A DNA stretch of 64,000 nt from Deferribacterales bacterium (GTDB taxonomy: Bacteria; Chrysiogenota; Deferribacteres; Deferribacterales; Geovibrionaceae). Shown one piece after another: positions 1 to 9,990 of this stretch. Made by a program: the position numbers and the translations under genes. Each line of letters starts with the position of its first letter. Position 1 is the stretch's first letter. The notes under the pieces were generated by a model. That model did not search any database, was not told the DNA's origin, and saw only the letters and a list, made by a program, of their open reading frames with translations. The stretch is from contig JBFWMA010000003.1 of NCBI GenBank assembly GCA_050251875.1, forward strand, positions 290,738 through 354,737, written 5' to 3'.

Positions 1-770
1 GCGCAGACAAAGCCCAGAGCGGTGTAGCCCACCAGCTCTATAGGGTTTCTGAAGGCGAAGTCGGGAGTGCCGAACAGCGGTTCCCATCCGAAGAAACTGC
101 AAAAGATTGAATATGCGATAATAGACGTGATGGTTGAGGGCAGAAGCGCTTCATATTCCATGTCCGAGCTGGAATAGAGCACTTCGGAGGCAAAAATCGC
201 TCCCGCCAGAGGCGAGCGGAATATCGCTCCCACACCGGCACCCATTCCGGCGGCGGTGAGAATCCTCTTCTCTCTGTCGGAGAGATGAAGGGTTCTGCCC
301 AGAAACGAGGCGAATCCGGCGCCTATCTGGGCGATGGGACCTTCCCGTCCTCCTGAGCCTCCGGTGCCTATGGTTATGGCGCTGGCGATGGTTTTCACTA
401 TCGGCACCTGCCAGCGTATGTTTCCGCTTTTATGGTGAATGGCTTTGATGGCGGCGTCTGTTCCGTGTCCGGATGCCTCCGGAGCGAATTTATAAACGAT
501 ATATCCGCTGACCAGACCGCCCAGGGCTGGAACTATGAACAGAAGCCATCTTTTGAACTCTGTGTGTGAATGTCCGAAAAACGCAGGTTCTCCGGCTGTT
601 TCCCCTATGCGCAGACCAACTAAATGATCCAGGAAGATGTATTCGCTCCCCTGAAGCAGGAGAAAGAAGATGATAGCGCCTATGCCGGCGACTGTGCCGA
701 CAGCGGTACCCAGAATGAACCACCGCCCTATTACCGGCAGTGTTAATATTTGCAGTCTAAAATTTTTCAT
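1..770 (-). CDS. ClC family chloride channel/H+ antiporter, N-terminal part (runs off left edge)
   Basis: Not in the ORF track. Manual translation from ATG at 770: MKNFRLQILTLPVIGRWFILG...APEASGHGTDAAI...TIASAITIGTGGSGGREGPIAQIGAG...GAIFRSPLAGAIFASEV. GREGP and FRxPxxG are ClC motifs. Confidence 0.9.
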   Translation of the reverse strand, partial: MKNFRLQILTLPVIGRWFILGTAVGTVAGIGAIIFFLLLQGSEYIFLDHLVGLRIGETAGEPAFFGHSHTEFKRWLLFIVPALGGLVSGYIVYKFAPEASGHGTDAAIKAIHHKSGNIRWQVPIVKTIASAITIGTGGSGGREGPIAQIGAGFASFLGRTLHLSDREKRILTAAGMGAGVGAIFRSPLAGAIFASEVLYSSSDMEYEALLPSTITSIIAYSIFCSFFGWEPLFGTPDFAFRNPIELVGYTALGFVC

Positions 771-818
771 CTCAATATAATTTTAACGCTTTTTGCGCTC
801 AAGGCAAGGACTAAAGAA

Positions 819-1532
819 CTATTTTTTGAATATGAACAATGCTTTCTTGTCAGTGTATGATATCAGGCGTCCGTCTACTGTCTCCAGACGGTATCTTTCG
901 GCGTAATCTTTCGGCAGGCTGAGAAACATCTCCTCCACCTGACGGCAGGTCTCTTCAGAGGGGTTGAGTCTGGTTACCCATTCACGGAAATCGTGGCGTT
1001 TGTAAAAGACGGCGGCTTCGTATGTGGTGAGCCCTTCGGCTTCCGCCATGCCTTTGATGTCTTCCACGGTGTGGGATTTGATATGCGTGGGGTCACGCAG
1101 CAGCTCTATGGCGTTCAGATGTTCATCCCCTTCGTCCACGATGGAGTCTATCAGTATGAAATATCCGCCTTTTTTCAGTATGCGGGCGACCTCGCCGAAA
1201 AACATGCAGGGACATCTGAAATGGTGCATGGCGATGCGGCATCCCACCAGATCAAAAGTATCCGGGAGGAACGGCAGATACTGCGCCTGCGCCATTACGG
1301 GGGCGTCCAGCCCGAAGGCTTCTCTGCCTTTTTTCAGCATATTATGGCTGAGGTCTGTGGTTATCTTTATGTCGGCGTTAAATGCGTTGGCGAAATGTCC
1401 GGCGGCAGAAGCCACGTCCAGCGATCTTTCGAAACGCATTGAACCGAACACATCGGAAAAATATTCAAGATCTGAGCCTGTTCTGTGGTCGGAGCTTTTC
1501 AGATAATTGTCTGAGGCGCTGTCGAAACCCAT
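819..1532 (-). CDS. Class I SAM-dependent methyltransferase (Methyltransf_11/UbiE-like)
   Basis: LDVASAAGH motif I, LPFLPDTFDLV, CRIAMHHF, RILKKGG. Start trimmed to the ATG at 1532, 2 nt after the metX stop. Confidence 0.85.
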   Translation of the reverse strand: MGFDSASDNYLKSSDHRTGSDLEYFSDVFGSMRFERSLDVASAAGHFANAFNADIKITTDLSHNMLKKGREAFGLDAPVMAQAQYLPFLPDTFDLVGCRIAMHHFRCPCMFFGEVARILKKGGYFILIDSIVDEGDEHLNAIELLRDPTHIKSHTVEDIKGMAEAEGLTTYEAAVFYKRHDFREWVTRLNPSEETCRQVEEMFLSLPKDYAERYRLETVDGRLISYTDKKALFIFKK

Positions 1533-1534
1533 GA

Positions 1535-2650
1535 TTATACTCTGTTCAGAAAGTCTTTTATCAGACCTGTCTGGGTCTCGAATTCCAGCAGAAAGGCATC
1601 GTGTCCGTAGTCGGACTGAATGTTGTGCCACTCGGTCTCTTTGCCCTGTTTCTTCAGTATGTCCACCAGCTCTTCCGTCTGATACGGAGGAAAGAGGAAG
1701 TCGGACGTGAATGTCAGAAACAATGATTTTGCGCTGACAGCCGACAGAGCGTCATCTATGTTTCCCCTGCCGTATGACAGGTCGAATATGTCCATGGCTT
1801 TCAGCACATAGAGATATGTGTTGGCATCGAACGTCTCTGTGAATTTATATCCGTTGTAGCGGAGATAGTTCTCCACCTCGAACATGCCTGTGAAGTCGTA
1901 AATACCCTCGAAGGTGGCGTATCTTCTGCCGAATTTATTATGAAAGGCAGGGTCGGACAGATATGTGATGTGTCCTGCCATTCTGGCGATGGCGAGACCG
2001 TCCACGGGGATCTCGTCTCCGTAATAGTCTCCGCCTTTCCATCTGGGGTCTTTCATGATGGCGAATTTGGCTATGGCGTTAAAAGCGATCGCCATGGGTG
2101 TTATCCCCGCTGATGTGGCTATGGGGATTATGCTGTGAACGCCTTCGGGAAAGGTTGCCGCCCACTCCAGAGCCTGCATGCCGCCCATGGAGCCGCCGGC
2201 GACACAGAAGAGTTTTTCTATGCCCAGACGCTCCACAAGTTTTTTCTGGAGGCGCACCATGTCTCTGATGGTAACCACGGGGAACCTCAGACCATATCGC
2301 TCGCCTGTGGCGGGGTCGACAGAGCTGGGACCTGTGGTGCCGAAACAGCTTCCGAGGAAGTTGGAGCAGATGACAAAATATTTGTCCGTGTCGAACGCCT
2401 TGCCCGGACCTATCATCGAATCCCACCATCCTGGTCTCTGCTCATCGGATCGGTTGAATCCGGCGGCGTGGGCGTTTCCGGTGAGAGCGTGACAAACCAG
2501 TATGGCGTTGTCTTTATTCTCATTGAGCCTGCCGTATGTCTCATACGCCACGGAGACGGATGAGATCACACGACCGCTCTCAAAGGAGAAATCGTCTTTA
2601 ATAGTGATATACTGCGTCTTTACAACGCCGACAGAAGAACTGTCCGTCAT
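1535..2650 (-). CDS. metX: Homoserine O-acetyltransferase
   Basis: NAILVCHALTG, PGWW, GGSMGG nucleophile elbow, YGHDAFLLE catalytic His; ATGA-type overlap with metY. Confidence 0.95.
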   Translation of the reverse strand: MTDSSSVGVVKTQYITIKDDFSFESGRVISSVSVAYETYGRLNENKDNAILVCHALTGNAHAAGFNRSDEQRPGWWDSMIGPGKAFDTDKYFVICSNFLGSCFGTTGPSSVDPATGERYGLRFPVVTIRDMVRLQKKLVERLGIEKLFCVAGGSMGGMQALEWAATFPEGVHSIIPIATSAGITPMAIAFNAIAKFAIMKDPRWKGGDYYGDEIPVDGLAIARMAGHITYLSDPAFHNKFGRRYATFEGIYDFTGMFEVENYLRYNGYKFTETFDANTYLYVLKAMDIFDLSYGRGNIDDALSAVSAKSLFLTFTSDFLFPPYQTEELVDILKKQGKETEWHNIQSDYGHDAFLLEFETQTGLIKDFLNRV

Positions 2651-3927
2651 TTAACCGCCTTAAGCGCCTGTTCGAAATCTTCGATCAGGTCATCGATATT
2701 CTCTATTCCCACGGCAACCCTGATGAGTTCATCGGGAATGCCCGCCTTCACCCTGTTTTCAGCGGAGAGCTGACGGTGAGTTGTGCTTGCGGGGTGTGTC
2801 ACGATAGTTCTGGTGTCGCCGAGGTTGGTGGCGTGTATGGCTATCTTGACACCTTCGATGAATGTTTTGCCCGCTTCCAGTCCGCCTTTCAGTCCGAATG
2901 ACATCATAGCGCCGGAGCCTTTGGGCATATATTTTTTAACAGCGGAATAGTTTTTGTTATCGGGCAGGTCGGGATAGTTGACCCATGCCACTTTGTCGTT
3001 GCTCAGCAGATATCCGGCGAGTTTGTACGCGTTCTCGCAGTGTCTGGGCATACGCAGGTGCAGAGTCTCGAGACCTTGCAGAAGCTGGAACGCGTTCATG
3101 GGAGACAGGCACCCGCCAACGTCACGCAGAACTCCCGCTCTCATCTTAACAGCGAAAGCCATAGGACCGAACTTGTCGGCGTATACCACGCCGTGGTAGC
3201 TGGGGTCGGGTTCGCACAGATTGGGGAAACGTCCGCTAGCTTTCCAGTCGAAGTTTCCGCCGTCCACCACGATACCGCCCATAGCGGCGCCGTGTCCGCC
3301 TATGAATTTTGTCATGGAGTGCAGAACGATGTTGGCTCCGTGCTCCAGAGGGCGGAACAGATAGGGTGTGGTGTAGGTATTGTCCACGATAAGCGGAACT
3401 TTATGTTTCTTAGCCACTTCGGCTATTTTTTCTATGTCGGGGATGTCGCTTCCGGGGTTGCTGACGGATTCGGTGTAGATCGCCTTTGTTTTAGCGTCAA
3501 CAGCCTTGTCGAAAGCGTCTATGTCGTCCTGATCCACCAGACGCACTTCTATGCCCAGTGAACGGAAAGTATGGACGAACAGGTTGTATGTGCCACCGTA
3601 CAGTTTGCCGGACGCAACGATGTTGTCGCCTGATCCTGCCAGAGTGGTGATAGCCATGTATGTGGCGAACTGCCCGGCGGAACCGGCAACAGCGGCGGCG
3701 CCACCTTCCAGAGCGGCTATTCTGTTTTCCAGAACCTCCACTGTAGGGTTGGACAGACGGGAATAGATGTGTCTTGCCACGTCCAGGTCGAAGAGACCCA
3801 CGGCGTGCTCAACGCTCTTGAACTCATATGCGTTGGAGTAATATATCGGAACCTGTGTGGCTCCTGTCTTTTCATCCGGTCTGAATGATCCGTGGATGGC
3901 TATTGTCTCAAATCTGTGCTTGCTCAT
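2647..3927 (-). CDS. metY: O-acetylhomoserine aminocarboxypropyltransferase/sulfhydrylase
   Basis: IYSRLSNPT, HSMTKFIGGHG PLP lysine, NLGD..HPASTTH. Start at ATG 3927 (MSKHRFETIAIHG) with GGAGG RBS. Confidence 0.95.
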   Translation of the reverse strand: MSKHRFETIAIHGSFRPDEKTGATQVPIYYSNAYEFKSVEHAVGLFDLDVARHIYSRLSNPTVEVLENRIAALEGGAAAVAGSAGQFATYMAITTLAGSGDNIVASGKLYGGTYNLFVHTFRSLGIEVRLVDQDDIDAFDKAVDAKTKAIYTESVSNPGSDIPDIEKIAEVAKKHKVPLIVDNTYTTPYLFRPLEHGANIVLHSMTKFIGGHGAAMGGIVVDGGNFDWKASGRFPNLCEPDPSYHGVVYADKFGPMAFAVKMRAGVLRDVGGCLSPMNAFQLLQGLETLHLRMPRHCENAYKLAGYLLSNDKVAWVNYPDLPDNKNYSAVKKYMPKGSGAMMSFGLKGGLEAGKTFIEGVKIAIHATNLGDTRTIVTHPASTTHRQLSAENRVKAGIPDELIRVAVGIENIDDLIEDFEQALKAVK

Positions 3928-3943
3928 TTGGTTCCTCCGCGTA

Positions 3944-3978
3944 TAAAAAAAGCCTCTATCCTTTGAGGGAAAGAGGCG
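3944..3978 (-). terminator. Intrinsic terminator of the SAM riboswitch expression platform
   Basis: Minus strand GCCTCTTTCC-CTCAAA-GGATAGAGGC followed by a T run, between the aptamer and the metY RBS. Confidence 0.85.
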
Positions 3979-3998
3979 GTTATGTGTTTTTGACATAT

Positions 3999-4107
3999 AA
4001 CTTATCTTTCCGTCCCGGCAGGAATTAGCACCAGTCATCGGACTATTAAGCCCGACCGGCTGCTGTAGCATCATCGAGCCTTGTCCCTCCGCTACTCTGG
4101 ATAAGTT
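3999..4107 (-). ncRNA. SAM-I (S-box) riboswitch
   Basis: Minus strand AACTTATCCAGAGTAGCGGAGGGACAAGGCTCGATGATGCTACAGCAGCCGG...GGTGCTAATTCCTG...GGAAAGATAAGTT. P1 is AACTTATC/GATAAGTT, S-box consensus elements are present, and it lies upstream of metY-metX. Confidence 0.95.
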
Positions 4108-4154
4108 CTGACACAATATAGATAAAAAGGTGTTTTGTAAAGAGTTTTATTGGG

Positions 4155-5321
4155 CTATTGGTTTTGGCTATGCTTTTTATTAAGCAGACTGAATCCCTGC
4201 TCCCTGAGAGGTGTTATCAGAAGAGCGATGATGAAGAAAGCCGCCATGACGACTTCTGAGTCGGTGAAGTTGTTCTCTGTCAGTCCTTCCGCCATGTAAA
4301 TTAGCAGGACGAAGAGAGCTGTCTTAGCGTACGGGTTCTCTTTAATCGCTCTGCCGATGTGCCTAAACAGGGCGCTGATAAACAGAAAGAGAGCGATCAG
4401 CCCGAAAAAACCGTGAGTGAAAGTATATTGGAGATAAGAGTTGTGGGCATGCGCCACACTCATTACGGGTACGTTTATCATAGGGCGGATGACTTCCTCA
4501 AAGTTTCCTTTGCCGTATCCGAACAGAGGTTTCGCCATTATCGCTTTTGCCGTGGTCTCCCACAGAACCAGACGTGTGCCCACGGATGTGTAGCTTCCGC
4601 CGGATATCTCTGCGCCGATGTGTTTGAACCGCTGTCCCACAGCGTTGTCGAAATACATCAGAGAGAAGATCAGCGCCAGACCAACCGCCACGGCGACAAG
4701 ACCTTTGCTCTTGAACCGATAGATTATCATAGCGGACAGGGTCAGCACGGCTGCCATGATAGAGCCTCTGCTGTCGGATAAAATCAGGGCTGTGAGCGCC
4801 GACAGGGCGAAGAGAACAAAGAGAATCTTTGTCTTTCTGCCGGACGGCGGGGTGAAAAACAGAAATCCGCACGCCGCTATGAACATTATCCCCATCTCGT
4901 TTCCATAGGTTAGAGCGTGGGACAGAAATCCGTTCGCTCTGACATAAGTCTCTGATGTCATGAAATAATAGGCGTCATATCCGAGATCCATCAGGATGCC
5001 GATGAAGAAGAACAGAAAGATTTTTTCCCGTTTTCTACCGTCAAAAAGCAGATAAACCGTGAAAAGATGAAAATATACCCAAAAGCTGAAAAAACTTTTT
5101 AAGGAATTGGTGGTGTCGGCTCCGAATATTGTCGAAAGTGATTCTGCCAGCACCATCAGGAGGAAATAAAGAAAATACGACTTTTTAAATAAGGTGAAAT
5201 CTTTGGTTTGATACAGCTTCACTGCCGACATGATTATGAGCAGCGCCAGAAGAATCTGAGTCGCTGAAATAGAAACCGTGGATGCCGTGGCGGAGAGCCC
5301 CAGCACTATAAATTCCAGCAA
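4155..5321 (-). CDS. O-antigen ligase (WaaL/Wzy_C) family membrane protein
   Basis: Many TM segments, SDSRG, R.VLW...KPLFGYG, HAHNSYLQ motif; TTG start. Confidence 0.85.
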   Translation of the reverse strand: MLEFIVLGLSATASTVSISATQILLALLIIMSAVKLYQTKDFTLFKKSYFLYFLLMVLAESLSTIFGADTTNSLKSFFSFWVYFHLFTVYLLFDGRKREKIFLFFFIGILMDLGYDAYYFMTSETYVRANGFLSHALTYGNEMGIMFIAACGFLFFTPPSGRKTKILFVLFALSALTALILSDSRGSIMAAVLTLSAMIIYRFKSKGLVAVAVGLALIFSLMYFDNAVGQRFKHIGAEISGGSYTSVGTRLVLWETTAKAIMAKPLFGYGKGNFEEVIRPMINVPVMSVAHAHNSYLQYTFTHGFFGLIALFLFISALFRHIGRAIKENPYAKTALFVLLIYMAEGLTENNFTDSEVVMAAFFIIALLITPLREQGFSLLNKKHSQNQ

Positions 5322-5331
5322 AAATCACCCG

Positions 5332-6462
5332 TTAATTGTTTTTAAGAACGCAGGCGAAAAAACCGTCCGCATCCGTTTTGTATGGTAGAGAAACAAAAAA
5401 ATCGTTATTTATAAATATTTCGTCACATTGTGGAGAAACTATAGAGAATGTGGTGTGATTCGTCAAGAAATTCTCTATCACCTCGGTGGTCTCCTCCGGC
5501 TCCAGCGAACAGACGGAATATATCAGCGTGCTGTTCTTTCCGGTGAATCCCGCCGCCTTGTCCAGCATCTCTTTTTGTCTTTTGGAACATTCCTTAATAT
5601 CACGCTGCTTTCTCAGCCAGCGCACTTCCGGGTGTCTTTTGATAGTGCCCAGAGCGGTGCATGGAGCGTCCAGCAGAACAAGGTCGAACTCCGCCTCGGT
5701 GTCCAGCTCCAGAATATCGGCGCATACGCAGTCGACATTTTTCAGATGAGCCGTGTTCTCCTTCAGCTGTTCATAGCGTCTTTTGTTCTTCTCCACGGCG
5801 AACACCCGTGAGTCCGGATATGTGCCTGATAAAACAAAAGTCTTGCCTCCCGGAGCGGCGCAGCAGTCCAGCACGGACAAGGGAGATATGTCTCCCGCCA
5901 GTCTGGCGACCGAGTAGGACGCGTAATCCATTATATACCCGTCAGACTCATCACGCACTTTAGATATCTGCATGGTGTCTCTGTCGACACTGTAGAATGA
6001 CGGTTTCTGGTTGAGATCATTCAGAAAACTGTCCAGATCGTCCCCCAGTCTTTTCTGCCACCTCTCGGTGAACCAATCGGGGAAATCCTTGCGGATGTTG
6101 TATCCTGCCATGAGCTCGTCTTTCTTTCTGGCGAGGTTTCTGAGCACGGCGTTCACAAAGCTCTTTTTGCTCTTGTCCACCAGAGAGACGCTCTCGTTCA
6201 CGGCGGCATACTCGGGTATGTCGTTCATGAAGAGTATCTGGCAGGCGCCCAGAGCCAGAGCGGCTCTGGCGTCAGCGTCCGGCGCTGTTTTATAGAGAGT
6301 GCCCAGAGCCTTCTCTATGAACCCCAGATGTCTGAATGTCTCGAAATATATCTTTCTGTAAAGGCGCTGTTCCGCTGAATCGAGAAAATAGTCCTCTTTC
6401 AGGATGCCCTGATAGTAGGATTTCAGGATGTCAAACAGTCTATAGCGGTACTTGTCCGCCAT
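5332..6462 (-). CDS. rsmB: 16S rRNA m5C967 methyltransferase (NusB-like N-terminus plus RsmB/NOP domain)
   Basis: YAAVNESV..FVNAVLR, LDCCAAPGGKT, LLDAPCT, YSVCSL; in the fmt operon. Confidence 0.85.
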   Translation of the reverse strand: MADKYRYRLFDILKSYYQGILKEDYFLDSAEQRLYRKIYFETFRHLGFIEKALGTLYKTAPDADARAALALGACQILFMNDIPEYAAVNESVSLVDKSKKSFVNAVLRNLARKKDELMAGYNIRKDFPDWFTERWQKRLGDDLDSFLNDLNQKPSFYSVDRDTMQISKVRDESDGYIMDYASYSVARLAGDISPLSVLDCCAAPGGKTFVLSGTYPDSRVFAVEKNKRRYEQLKENTAHLKNVDCVCADILELDTEAEFDLVLLDAPCTALGTIKRHPEVRWLRKQRDIKECSKRQKEMLDKAAGFTGKNSTLIYSVCSLEPEETTEVIENFLTNHTTFSIVSPQCDEIFINNDFFVSLPYKTDADGFFACVLKNN

Positions 6463-7325
6463 TAACGGGCGCCTCTGGCGATCTCTCTGAGTCTCTTAAT
6501 GCGCTCCTCCACCGGGGGGTGTGTGGAGAACAGGTTCATCGCTCCTCTTGCTGAGAAGGGGTTCATGATGAACATGTGCGCTGTGGCTGGTTTTGCGTCA
6601 TCCATAGGATGATAAGCCACGCCGTTTGATATTTTGTCCAGAGCAGATGCCAGCGACAGAGGTTTTCCGCAGAGGCGAGCGCCCTCTTCGTCCGCTCTGT
6701 ACTCTCTGGATCTGGATATAGCCATCTGTATCAACATAGCGCCTATGGGGGCGAGGATTGATACCATTATCATGGCGACCATGCCCAGAGGGCTTCCGTT
6801 GTTTTCATCGTCTCTGTGTCCGCCGCCGAAGATTGCCGCCCAGCGTGCCATATCCGCCAGCATCATAACAGCGCCGGCTATTGTGGCGGCGACAGTACCT
6901 ATCAGGATGTCGCGTCCGCCGATGTGGCTGAGTTCGTGGGCGATAACGCCCTCCAGTTCGTCTTCGGTCAGCATGCCCATGATGGCTGTGGTGACAGCCA
7001 CCGCCGCATGGCTGGGGTTGCGTCCTGTGGCGAAAGCGTTGGGTGTGCCGCTCTGCATCACATATACTTTAGGCATGGGCAGTCCGCCCTTGTTTGCCAG
7101 ATTTCTCACTATTCTGTAGAGAGCGGGATAATCCGCCTCTGTCACTTCTTTAGCTCTGTACATTGCCAGAACCATTTTGTCGCTGAACCAGTAGGAGAAG
7201 ATGTTCATCAGAAACGCTATTGTGAACGCTATGTACATCCCTCTCTGTCCGCCGATGAGCCCTCCCACGAAGACGAAGAAAGCCATAAGCAATGTCATGA
7301 GCAGAACTGTCTTCAGAGTGTTCAT
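6462..7325 (-). CDS. htpX: Zinc metalloprotease HtpX
   Basis: PNAFATG, HELSH zinc motif, [17 protein letters not shown]. Confidence 0.95.
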   Translation of the reverse strand: MNTLKTVLLMTLLMAFFVFVGGLIGGQRGMYIAFTIAFLMNIFSYWFSDKMVLAMYRAKEVTEADYPALYRIVRNLANKGGLPMPKVYVMQSGTPNAFATGRNPSHAAVAVTTAIMGMLTEDELEGVIAHELSHIGGRDILIGTVAATIAGAVMMLADMARWAAIFGGGHRDDENNGSPLGMVAMIMVSILAPIGAMLIQMAISRSREYRADEEGARLCGKPLSLASALDKISNGVAYHPMDDAKPATAHMFIMNPFSARGAMNLFSTHPPVEERIKRLREIARGAR

Positions 7326-8083
7326 ACTGCCTCCTTGAAATTATATATATTTTTTATTTCATTCTCTATCATGTCCGTGTCTATTCTGGTGCTGCAACAC
7401 TCTCCGTTTGGTCTGCTGTTGCAGAATCCCAGCACGGGGAGCGGATAGGTGTCCTGTATGCCGCTGATGAGATCTCTCTCGCAGGCAACAGCCAGAATCA
7501 GGTCCGGACGGGTCTCTTTCACTATCCTGCGGGCTATTGTTCCGCCTGTGGCGATATTAATTGATATATTATATCTGGCGGCGATGTTGACAAGATTTTT
7601 TATATCGCATCTGCCGCACCCTGTACATTTAGAGATGTCTTTGGTCAGCTTAAGTTCACATGAATCGAGCTGAATGCAGTGGGGGAGCAGGATCAGCATC
7701 TTTTTAGGTGTTTTGTTCCTGAGCAGGCTACGCACCATGTCGTTGTTTATGTTTACGAATGCACGGATGAGCCTGTCCTTGTCTATGCCCACATATTTCG
7801 ATGTTCTGAGCATGAACGGAAGAGTAAGGCGGGTGGATACCCTGCGGAATCCCTTGACCGAGCGCATGTCTCTGCCTGTCAGCGCCGTATAGGCGAACAG
7901 GGCGGAGAAGAGCGTCACGGATGAGGCGAAGACTATGAATATGGCTGTGACGGCGTATGACACGAACGATGAAACATAGTTCGCCCCCACCATCATCAGA
8001 TACCATATGACAAGCCCGGCGCCGAATATTATGCTGGCGCATACGAAAAACAGCGCCATGAAGATGGCTCTGTCTTTGGACAT
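7322..8083 (-). CDS. DUF116 family membrane protein
   Basis: Two N-terminal TMs, [20 protein letters not shown]; typical position next to fmt. Start at 8083 or 8104. Confidence 0.8.
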   Translation of the reverse strand: MSKDRAIFMALFFVCASIIFGAGLVIWYLMMVGANYVSSFVSYAVTAIFIVFASSVTLFSALFAYTALTGRDMRSVKGFRRVSTRLTLPFMLRTSKYVGIDKDRLIRAFVNINNDMVRSLLRNKTPKKMLILLPHCIQLDSCELKLTKDISKCTGCGRCDIKNLVNIAARYNISINIATGGTIARRIVKETRPDLILAVACERDLISGIQDTYPLPVLGFCNSRPNGECCSTRIDTDMIENEIKNIYNFKEAV

Positions 8084-8087
8084 TAAT

Positions 8088-9014
8088 TTATTCAAATTTT
8101 TCATTACCTGTCAGTTTAGCTCCCGCCAGAAAGCTGGCGGACGGCATGCGTTTTTTTCCTTCGGGCTGAAGCTCTTTTATAACCAGAGCGTCAGTTTTGC
8201 ATTTTACGCTGAACGTCTTTTTCGTAACGTCAAAGATTGTTCCGGGTTCGATGTTCTTATCGCAGGAGACCACATCCGCCATGAACAGCTTAAACATCTT
8301 TCCGTCCAGAAAGGTGTGGGCTGTGGGCCAGGGAACGAATCCCCGGATCATGCACTCGATCTCTGCCGCCGATTTCTCAGCCCAGTTGATCTGACCGTCC
8401 TCTTTTTTCATCATGGGGGCATAGGTCATGTCTGCGTCATTCTGTTTTACTGGTGTTATACTGTCAAACTCATTCAGTGTTTTTATCAGCAGGTTTGCGC
8501 CTGTAACGGACAGCTCTTCGGCTATCATCACGGCGTCTTTTTTGCCTATTTCAGTCTTCTCCACCAGAAGTATGTCTCCGGTGTCGAGCCCGGCATCCAT
8601 CAGCATGGTCGCCACGCCAGTCTCTTTCTCTCCGTTAATCACCGCCCAGTTAACTGGAGCGGCTCCACGGTATCTAGGCAGGAGTGAGAAGTGAACGTTG
8701 ATAGGAGCGAATTTCGGCACATCCAGCACAGCCTGAGGCAGTATCTTGCCGTATGCCGCCACCACGAGAAAATCCGGAGCGATGCTTTTCAGCTTTTCCA
8801 GAACCTCTTCGTTGTTCTTAAGGCTTTTCGGCTGAAGAACCTCAATGCCCTGCGCCTCGGCGTATTCCTTAACAGGGGGCGCCTGCATCTGGTTTCCTCT
8901 GCCTTTGGGTTTGTCTGTCTGAGTGATCACCAGAGCGACTTCTATATTATTTTCAACTAATGCTTTTAGTGTCGGCACTGCCATTTCCGGCGTACCCATG
9001 AATACTGTTCTCAT
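8088..9014 (-). CDS. fmt: Methionyl-tRNA formyltransferase
   Basis: VFMGTP, AYGKILP, NVHFSLLPRYRGAAP, GLDTGD. Confidence 0.97.
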   Translation of the reverse strand: MRTVFMGTPEMAVPTLKALVENNIEVALVITQTDKPKGRGNQMQAPPVKEYAEAQGIEVLQPKSLKNNEEVLEKLKSIAPDFLVVAAYGKILPQAVLDVPKFAPINVHFSLLPRYRGAAPVNWAVINGEKETGVATMLMDAGLDTGDILLVEKTEIGKKDAVMIAEELSVTGANLLIKTLNEFDSITPVKQNDADMTYAPMMKKEDGQINWAEKSAAEIECMIRGFVPWPTAHTFLDGKMFKLFMADVVSCDKNIEPGTIFDVTKKTFSVKCKTDALVIKELQPEGKKRMPSASFLAGAKLTGNEKFE

Positions 9015-9078
9015 GCTCTCTCCGATATCGTTTAGGATTATACTATATTAAAGGAAAAGAAAATCAAGGTGTTTAGGA

Positions 9079-9990
9079 TTATTTGACTTCCAAGAGGGTC
9101 TGTTTATAGATATCTATGTTTTTTCCGCCAAGTTCCACTGCTTTTTCAGCGGCTTTCACGGCTTCGTCCTTGTTGCCTGTTTCGCTGAGTATCTGAGCCA
9201 GATTGTTCCATGCGTCAGCCGCATCGGGGTATTCGTTAGTCAGCTTATTAAATATGGCGACCGATTCGGCTTTTCTGCCGTTTATATAGAGCGAGTTGGC
9301 ATAGGCGAACATCACCGTCTTGTCCGACTGCCATTTTTCGTATGCCGCCTCGTATGTTTTCAGGGCATCTGCTTTGTGCGTGCCGCTGTCGAAAACAGCC
9401 GTGGAGTCCATGAGCCTCAGCGGATCCGCTCCGGACGGTATCTCTCCGGGGTTCAGCAGGACAAATCCCCAGTATCCGGCTCTGCCCCACACATGGTCGA
9501 AGGTAGCCTCTGTGAACGGCTCGTCCTCCGTGAGCCCCGAGTGGAGGTATATCATGCCGTTTCTTCTGCTGATTCCGGTCACCACTGCATAGTGCCATAC
9601 GGGGTGCCATTTCAGCCCTAGATTCAGAAAGACAACCGTTGGTCTGTCTTCTGTGAGCTGGCTTATCAGTTCATCCGGAGATGTCACAGTGTATGGGATT
9701 TTTCCGTATCGTCTGGCGCCCTGGAGCATGTCGGGCTGAAGAGTGCCTTTTTTTGACGGGGTATAAACTATGGGTATCAGGTCTTTCTGATCCACAGAAA
9801 CTCCCTTGTCCTGAAGAACCATCGCCAGCGAGGCGGGACCGCAGTTATATTCTGTCTGGGGTTGAAAAGGAACGGACAGGGCTATCTCAGGTGTGTCCTG
9901 AACCGCCCTGTCCCATCTAACGGAAGTCTTTGCCGTGCATCCCGCCATGAAAAGAGCGAGAGCTATGAAAGCGAGATGTCTGAACGGCAT
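9079..9990 (-). CDS. PA2778-family C39-like cysteine peptidase lipoprotein with C-terminal TPR
   Basis: Lipobox MAGC, VPFQPQ..NCGPASLAM, WHYAVV, TPR AWNNLAQ. Confidence 0.85.
   Translation of the reverse strand: MPFRHLAFIALALFMAGCTAKTSVRWDRAVQDTPEIALSVPFQPQTEYNCGPASLAMVLQDKGVSVDQKDLIPIVYTPSKKGTLQPDMLQGARRYGKIPYTVTSPDELISQLTEDRPTVVFLNLGLKWHPVWHYAVVTGISRRNGMIYLHSGLTEDEPFTEATFDHVWGRAGYWGFVLLNPGEIPSGADPLRLMDSTAVFDSGTHKADALKTYEAAYEKWQSDKTVMFAYANSLYINGRKAESVAIFNKLTNEYPDAADAWNNLAQILSETGNKDEAVKAAEKAVELGGKNIDIYKQTLLEVK

Noticed and set aside
3928..4116. 63-aa N-terminal extension of metY in the ORF track
   Set aside because: It runs through the SAM riboswitch and terminator; the RBS and family N-terminus point to 3927.
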